Assembly: GCF_009914755.1 (NCBI RefSeq)
Contig: NC_060929.1
DNA: 64,000 nucleotides
Reading direction: 5' to 3' (one strand)
DNA from: the human T2T-CHM13v2.0 reference genome, Homo sapiens
Positions 56,527-64,000 of this stretch are shown piece after piece. Each line of letters starts with the position of its first letter. Position 1 is the stretch's first letter. Below the pieces are notes generated by a model. That model made no database searches, was not told the DNA's origin, and worked only from the letters and a program-made list of their open reading frames with translations. The position numbers and the translations under genes were made by a program.

Positions 56527-56775
56527 AGCATAGCATAGTGGTGCAAATGTAAACACTGGAGCCAGGTTGCCTGGTTTGAGACTCAGCTCTGCCCTTACTA
56601 GCTGTGTGACACTGATCAAATTACTCAACATCTCTGTGCCTCAGTTATCTTATCTGAAAGTGGAGATAATAAATAGATACTAATTCATAGGGGTGTTATA
56701 GATTTTAAATGAGTTACTACTTTTAAAGTATTAAGAACTGCTCCTGATCATAATGTGCACTGCTTATTTGTTAAA
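56527..56775 (+). mobile_element. MIR, near full length
   Basis: 'ctggagccag...ttactagctgtgtgac...tctctgtgcctcagtt...ttaaatgag'. Confidence 0.88.
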
Positions 56776-56792
56776 TAAGGTAGAAAGGCTAC

Positions 56793-57149
56793 TGATATGG
56801 TATGGCTCTGTGTCCCCACTCAAATGTCATCTTGTAGCCTCCATAATTCCCACATGTTGTGGGAGGGACCTGGTGGGAGATGATTGAATCATGGGGGGTG
56901 GATCTTTCCTTCACTGTTCTCGTGATAATGAATAAGTCTCATGAGATCTGATGGTTTTAAAAAGGAGAGGTTCCCTGCGCAAGCTCTCTTCCCTTGTCTG
57001 CCACCATGTGAGATGTGCCTTTCACCTGCCGCCATGATTGTGAGACCTCCCCAGCCACGTGGAACTGTAAGTCCAATAAACCTCTTTCCATTATAAATTG
57101 CCCAGTCTTGCATATGTCTTCATCAGCAGTATGAAAATGGACTAATACA
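56793..57149 (+). mobile_element. THE1B solo LTR
   Basis: TG...CA ends, THE1B-like 'ttttaaaaaggagaggttccctgc', and a perfect TSD GCTAC. Confidence 0.95.
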
Positions 57150-57370
57150 GCTACATAATTACTTTTTACATTTTTTTGCCTTTCTTTTGTCCTGTGTCTA
57201 CTGTCATATTCACAAGGAGGTGACAGGAAGAAGAATGAGTGTTCACTGGTAGAAATCTAATTCTGGTACTTTGTCTCTGAACTCAGTGATGTTCTATCTT
57301 GAAGCAAGTGGTTATTAGAGAGTTTCTTCCCCACCAATGACTGTGCGGTAGTGGTCAGATGGGAAAATAA

Positions 57371-57684
57371 ATTTTTAGTTTGTTTTATTTTTTTGAGACA
57401 AGATCTTGCTGTGTTGCCCAGGCTGGAGTTCAGTGACATAATCACAACTCAATGCAGACTGCAACCTCAACATCCCAGATTTAAAGTGATCTTCCCACCT
57501 CAGCCTCCTGAGTAGCTGGGACTATCGATGTGATCCACCATGCCCAGCTAATCTTTCAATTTTTGGTAGAGACAGGTTCTCACTATATTGTCCAGACTGG
57601 TCTCAAGCTCCTGGACTCAAGCTATCCTCTTGCCTTGGCCTCCCAAAGTGCTGGGATTACAGGTAAAAGCCACTGTGTGTGGCC
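57371..57684 (-). mobile_element. Alu (AluJ-like)
   Basis: 'ctcctggactcaagctatcctcttgccttggcctcccaaagtgctggg'; degenerate TSD gaaaataa. Confidence 0.92.
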
Positions 57685-57874
57685 AGAAAATAAGTTCTTT
57701 GCTCTCCCCCGTATAAAAACATGTGGGTTTGTGCCTGGTAGTATACCATGTTAATCAAGAGTGAGGTTTGCATCTCTTAGTAGGACAATAGAGTCAGAAA
57801 TCTTCTAATCATCTGGTTTTATCAGCACTACCACTTTCTTAATGTATTTACGTGATGATCTGGTGCGTAGTTGT

Positions 57875-58070
57875 TATAATAGTTAACATCGAATGAGCAT
57901 CATCTAACCCTCATGACAAGCTTATTTATAAGGATCCATTATCATTATTTCCCTTCTACAGCAAAGGAATCCAAGGGATGTCTTGCTTAATTTAGAACTA
58001 GTACAATATTGAACTGGTTTAGAAACCCAAAGAATCCCACTCCAGAATCTGTGCTATTAACCACACTATA
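57875..58070 (-). mobile_element. MIR relic
   Basis: 'tctaaccctcatgacaag...ttctacagcaaaggaatc...ccagaatctgtgctattaaccacact'. Confidence 0.5.
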
Positions 58071-58214
58071 ATTCAGTCTCTCTTGGAAACCTTAGAATAA
58101 TAATCAAGCACCTGGAACATCTAAATTTATGCTTTGTATATCTTAGTAACAATTTCCCCAAGGCTCAGTAAGCGTTATAAACATGTGTATACCCATAAAA
58201 CTGGGTTGTGATGT

Positions 58215-58690
58215 CCATAAATACATTATAATATTCAAAAAATGAAAACAATCCAAATGTTCATCAACTGATGATTGGATTAAAAAATATGATATACCTA
58301 TACAATGGCATACTGTTTGGCAATGAAAAGTAAACAACTGCTGACACATGCTCCAACATGGATGAACCACAAAAAAAGCCCCACAGAAACAGTATGTTAA
58401 GTAAAAGAAACCAGATATAAAAGACTATAGGGAAATGTCCAGAAAAGGCAAATCTATGGAATCAGAAAGTAGATTATTGGTGGCCTAGGACTACAAGTTA
58501 TAATAGTGATGACTGCAAATGAGCATGAGGGATCTTTTGCAGGCTATGAAAATGTCCTAAAGCTGGATTGTTGCAATGGTTGCACAAACCTGTAGATTTA
58601 CTAAATAGCATTTATCTAAAAGAATTGTACACTTAAATGGAAGAATTTTATCATATGCAAATTTTGTCTCAGTAAAGTTTAAAAAAGACA
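58215..58690 (+). mobile_element. L1MB8/L1ME-type 3' end
   Basis: 'acaatccaaatgttcatcaactgatg', 'gaaatgtccagaaaaggcaaatctat', 'gaattgtacacttaaatgg'. Confidence 0.85.
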
Positions 58691-60669
58691 CAAATAGATT
58701 GGATCATGGCCCAGAAGTACCATAGTTTAATGATAAGCATAAAGCAGACTCGAAGTTTAAATTTTACAATTCATTGTAATTTTTAAACTTATCTGTGGTT
58801 CCCTCCATAATTTGTAGAATAAAAGATAAAAAGTAATTGTTTTAACATCTAGCATAAAAAATAAATTGGCAATAAAATAGGAATCTTATTTATTTAGAAT
58901 TTGATACTGACCTTATTTCTCTTGGATGTGATAAACTGAATGTCTCACTTTGGAAATAAATTAGATTTTGTCCTTCATTTAAAATTTGTCTTTTCAAATG
59001 AAAATGTTTAATTGGAAGTTTTATCATGTTATTATATTTATATATAAAGGAAGAGCTGCAAAGCTTAAAAGAAATCCACTACCTGTACCCTGGGTGAGTA
59101 ACTAATACACTTCCTTATAGTCAATCACCCAATTTTATTATGTTCAGTCTTTTGATTTTCGCTAAATTGTACTTTGTGATATATGCAGGGCATTCATTTT
59201 TTATTTCTCCCATTTCACAGTTTAGACAACAGTCATACAGGGATTAAGCCTAAATCATGTAGCTATTAAATGGCCGAGATGTGGCTAGCACTCCGTTTTC
59301 CTCAATGCTAGTCTTATACAATCTGTACATGATCCTGCTATGCTGCACTCATTGCTCAAATTAGTAGATACTTAACAAGTACTGATTAATTCTGTACAGC
59401 CATAGTAGATATCATAGCTGGATTCTTTAACAGTTATATTACTATCATATTTTAAGATTCTTTTGGCAGCATATAGTAAATGGGAACTGCAAGCTATAAG
59501 GGTTTAAAATGTGACTTGAGACTGATGAATTATGATAGTCTTTGATGTGCTTCAGGCATCTACCAATAGACAGATGGAGAAAAGAATGATCCTACACATA
59601 CACAACATATTCATCTGAAAATAATGTTCCTGAATGCATCATTTTTCACTACTGGGCTTTAAGCTTTGTGAAAAAAAATAGGAAAGTATTATAGATTATT
59701 TAACTATTGTGCTGGCTGGCCATACATCACAGCAAAAGAAGAGAGCCACCCTGCTGCTTTTTACAAAAGGTGTAATTAGGCTCTGATGGAGCTCCAAGTT
59801 ATTCTTCCCCCAAAATATTCTGAATGGCCGATTTCCTAATGCTTAAAAGCCTTAGATCTCAGTCCATTTCTTATGGACTCAACAACTTACTATTAAAGAA
59901 AGACTTGTCAAAAGCTTACAAATCCATTTTCTCTCTTCTTTCTTAGTGTTTGTCTTAAAGAAATAAGTTTGTGGTTTCTTTAAAACAATATCTCTTGATC
60001 TATTCTTAGCATAATTATATTTCTTAATAATATTTCCTTTCTGTTGTCCTTACTCTGGTGAATGTATTGCTTCTTTTAGCAAAAAACATGTATCCTATAA
60101 TCACTTTTTCAATTGCTGTGGTTATCATGTGAATTTATGTTTCTTACATGTGAAGATGGATTGTTCCCTGAAAGGTTGGACATCAAGCCTGCATATTTTG
60201 TTTTTTATTTGCAGTTGTTTTGTTTCACTTCATGTTTTCTGTATTCAGAACCTGATGCGCTGACAGTAAGGGAACAAAGATGGGTATCTTTTTTCATAAA
60301 GCAATATGCATGGGAACTATGGAAACACTTTTCTAGTTATATTTATTTATTTTGTTTTTAAGACAGTTGTTTTTTAGATATAAGTGAGACTGAGTGGGCT
60401 GGACTTAATGTAAAGCACATGTGTTGGCCAGTTTGCAGGCACTTGTTAGAGCTCTCTGAGCATATGTGGGATAATGGATTCTGTTTCTGTTACGTGTTTC
60501 TCATGAAGCCTAGCACTGTGTTTTTAAAGGCTAGGAAGCATATCAATGTATTGGAACTTTTTCTCCCATACGGTGATAAAGTGAAAAGGATAAAAAAATT
60601 GTAGGTAAGAGAGATTAGATTTCCCCAGGATAAAGCAGATTTGTATCTTTTATTTTTTGTATGAAATTT

Positions 60670-60746
60670 TCTACTTATCTCTCTATCTTTCTACCTTCTA
60701 TCTATCTATCTACCTACCTATCTATCTATCTATCTATCATTCTACC

Positions 60747-60785
<39 letters not shown>

Positions 60786-60797
60786 ATCTATCTGTCT
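60670..60797. repeat. Compound (TCTA)n/(CCTA)n tetranucleotide STR
   Basis: Interrupted TCTA arrays; the longest pure run is ~(ATCT)9 at 60747-60785. Confidence 0.97.
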
Positions 60798-60915
60798 TTC
60801 CCATCTAACAGTAAGCATCTTAAGGTAGAAGCCTATGAGTTTAGTTGTTGAATTTCCTTAATTTGTTTGAAATAAACACATATGTAACTCCTGAATATGT
60901 CACTTAAAGAGATAC

Positions 60916-61410
60916 TTTTTTAACTTTTATTTTAAGTTCAGAGGTACATGTGTAGTTTCATTATACAGGTAAATTGTGTGTCATAGGGGTTTGGGGTATA
61001 CATTATTTTATAAGCCAGATAATAAGCATAGTACCCAAAAGACAGGTTTTCAATCCTCACCTTTCTCCCACTCTCCATGCTCAAATAGGCCTCAGTGTCT
61101 GTTGTTCCTTCCTTGTGTCCATATGTACTCAATGTTTAGCTCCCACTTATGAGTAAGAACATGTCGTATTTGGTTTCCTATTTCTATGTTAGTTTGATTA
61201 GGATAATGGCCTCCAGCTCCATCCTTTGAGATTTGCAAAGGACATGATTTTATTCTTTTTTATGAATGCATATTATTCCATGGTGTATATATACCACATT
61301 TATTTATGTATGTGTGCATGTGTATTCATGGTAGAATGATTTATATAATTTTGAGTATATACTCAATAATATACTCAATAATGAGATTGCTGGGTGAAAT
61401 GGTAATTTTG
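60916..61410 (-). mobile_element. L1PA15/16-like 3' end fragment with an internal deletion
   Basis: 'aacttttattttaagttcagaggtacatgtg...tttagctcccacttatgagtaagaacatg'. Confidence 0.9.
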
Positions 61411-61699
61411 ACATGATTTCTGCAAGTGATTTCTGAGCATTATTTCTAAATATGTTTTTTGTAACATTATTTCTAAAATGCAATTTTCAAATGCTATAAA
61501 GTATTTCTATTATGCCTCTTCAACATTGAAAGCATCTTAGAATGTTTTAATTCTGCTCACCACCTTACCATCTAATATTTTAGAATCATTTGTTTTATGT
61601 TTCATAAATTAACCATTACTAGAGTTGTTTTATACAACATTGCTTCTTTAAATTTACTGACATGCTTTCCAATTTCTTGGCTCGCTATGCCTTCACACA

Positions 61700-62460
61700 C
61701 CTTTCTGTCTCAGTTTTCATATTCTTAAAATACAACCTTTAGTTCTTTCAGTTAAGATCAGTTAGTAGAAGACTCTGTTTGTTTTTTTGAATTATATTTA
61801 CTTTACCCTTCATTTTAGATTATGACTTACTACTGGGCATAGGACTCTAGGCGAACAGTTATTTCCACTCTGCATTTTAAAAATATTAACCCATTATTTT
61901 CTGGGCTGCATTGTTGCTTTCGAGAAGTCTAAAATCAGCTATCAGCACAATTTCATTAATTGGCACTTTATCTGTCTCCTCTCTGGTTGTTTTCAAGATC
62001 TTTTATTTTCTTTTGTCATTGGCCTTTATGATGATCCGAGATGTGTAATTTAAAAATTATACCCGTGTCTGATGATTTTCTTCTATCTGAGGATTCATGA
62101 TTTTTGCCAATTCTGAGCTATAATTCTTTAAATACTAATTTATTTTCATTTTTCTTACTTTTATTCTTTCTCAATTTCTATCAATTTTGTTTTTTCTTAT
62201 TTTATCATTTACATCTCCTAACCACTTTTTCTAATTTTAATATATCTATATTTATCCACTTCATTTTGTCTTGTTCATTTTCTTGTTCACGTCCTTAGTC
62301 AATTTAAACATACTACTTCACAGATTGTCTTTTTTTATTATCCTAAGTTCTTGGGTTTCCATTCCTATTGCTTGTTCTCTGGGCTGACTTTCCGGCACAG
62401 TGTACTGTTGTCTTATACATTTTGTCATTTTGGCTTGTAAGGTCATCCTAAGCTTTGAAA
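61700..62460 (-). mobile_element. Old L1M ORF1-region relic
   Basis: 'ggcataggactctaggcgaacagttattt...ccattattttctgggctgcattgttgctttcgagaagtc'. Confidence 0.6.
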
Positions 62461-63240
62461 TCACCTAGGGTCTGACTTTCATCTACTCTGGCAGATGTTC
62501 CTGTGCTATTGCTACAGTCCACTGCTGGAGATGATTGCCAAGATGTATAGGTTCTATATATTTGAACCCCAAACCTAGGTAAAGTTTTTTAAATGTTGCA
62601 AAAACGAACACCTTTTTTTTTCATGCACCCAGAATATGAGGAAAACATCCATGTCTTCTACCTTGAATAGATATATTTATTTTTCCTGCCTACCCGCTAA
62701 CAGATGGTGCAGCTGTTCTAGGTTCCTTCTTTGATTGAGATATCTCTACTTCCTCATTATCCGTGGTCTACATCAGTGTCAACCCCAAATTGTTTAGTTA
62801 CCCAGCAAATGATCAACTTCCTCCCCAACAAAGGTTTATTTCCACACCAGCTCATTGGTTTGCACTATCGTTCCTTGCCCTTGGAAAGTCCCTTTCCTTT
62901 TTAAGTAAATCTAGATACGCATTGTGAGAGATGTTTTAAGTTATCTAGTCTAGCTAGACTAGTAAATTGAGATAAATATAAGTCTCCCAGAATACTAAAT
63001 TATTTAGCTGTGGTTTCTCTAAATATTGAGGACCAATATCACCCATAAATAAACTGATTTTTAATGTTTGTAATCAACTCATCATAAAGAAGCAGGTGAC
63101 AATAAAATAAATTGATAGTGAAGATTTATTTAAAACTTAATACTTCAAAGGGGATTTAAAGGATTTAAAATAGAGACATCCTTATCATTATATATCTTGA
63201 CAGTAAAACAAGAGTTGATGATTTAAAATTTATGATTCTG

Positions 63241-64000
63241 GATTAGGATTAAGATGGCAGATAAGAGACAAAACTAGCTTGGGTGGACAGAGCAGCTTGT
63301 GGAGACTTACATCGTGAACTTTTGCACCAAGAACTACTGCAGGAACATACCAGGAAAGCCAAGAGAATCAACAGACCTTTTGAAGGACTGGATCACCACT
63401 GCAGGCTCCCTGAGACACTGAAAAACTGTGAATCGGCTTGCTTTCTGGACAGGAGGCTCATGGTCTGGGATGAGTTCTCAGCCCTGGTCACTGGTGGCCT
63501 AGAAATAGATTTGGTGTTGTTATGGGGGCACAATGGGACTGGATGTTAGGACTGCCAGCTGCATGGGATTGGGATGAGGCTGGTGACTGCTGGCATTTCC
63601 CCATTTCGCTGGTGACCTGTATGACTCAGTAGAGGCAGCCATAATCTCCCTGTGAATATAATTCCATTGGACTGAGAACTACACTCCTATTCCCCACAAC
63701 AGCCAAAGCAAGCCCTGCCCAAGGAGAGGCTGAGCTCAGAGCTCAGACAGGCCTATCCCTGCCCCGACCTGATGGTCTGCCTCTACCCACCCTGGTAGCC
63801 GAAGACAAAGGTCATAATCTTTTGGGAGATCTATGGCCCCACCCACCACCTGAGAATCCTGAATACTTAACCAGTTGTCCCTAGGGCAAGTTTACCTTCC
63901 CCCATAGGACCTCAGCTGATGCACTCTTGAAAGCATCACCTCCTGGCTGGAGGCCAACCAACACAAAACCAGCACACTAAATGAAAACACAACCAGAGAC
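63241..64000 (+). mobile_element. L1PB-type (L1PBa-like) 5' UTR, continuing beyond the window
   Basis: 'aagatggcagat...gacagagcagcttgtggagacttacatcgtgaacttttgc...aggaacataccaggaaagcc' resembles the L1PBa 5' end; includes the YY1-type AAGATGGC motif. Confidence 0.85.

Noticed and set aside
62945-62962. 18-bp palindrome CTAGTCTAGCTAGACTAG
   Set aside because: Short, built from CTAG repeats, and near chance expectation.

Overview
AT-rich, CpG-poor DNA from an anthropoid primate, most likely human, judged from its Alu, L1PA/L1PB and THE1 content. It looks intronic or intergenic, and roughly half is recognisable interspersed repeat. The repeats include several L1 copies (L1PA8-like, two long L1PA15/16-like copies in opposite orientation, an L1PB-type 5' UTR at the right edge, and old L1M fragments), eight Alus, an essentially full-length Tigger1, MER44A, a complete THE1A MaLR provirus with a 5-bp TSD, solo THE1/MLT LTRs, L2 and MIR relics, and microsatellites. 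I cannot support any host protein-coding CDS: the ORF track is explained by decayed L1, Tigger1, THE1 or Alu sequence or by chance. I do not recognise the locus. I found no convincing novel multi-gene system. The best observations are a 178-bp local templated insertion with a microhomology-mediated internal jump (1256-1528 copied to 3130-3307, inside an L2), a perfect 28-bp palindrome, DUX4-type motifs kept in both THE1A LTRs, and several unverified exon-like segments in repeat-poor islands. Repeat subfamily names and old-element boundaries were assigned by eye from remembered consensus sequences and are approximate.
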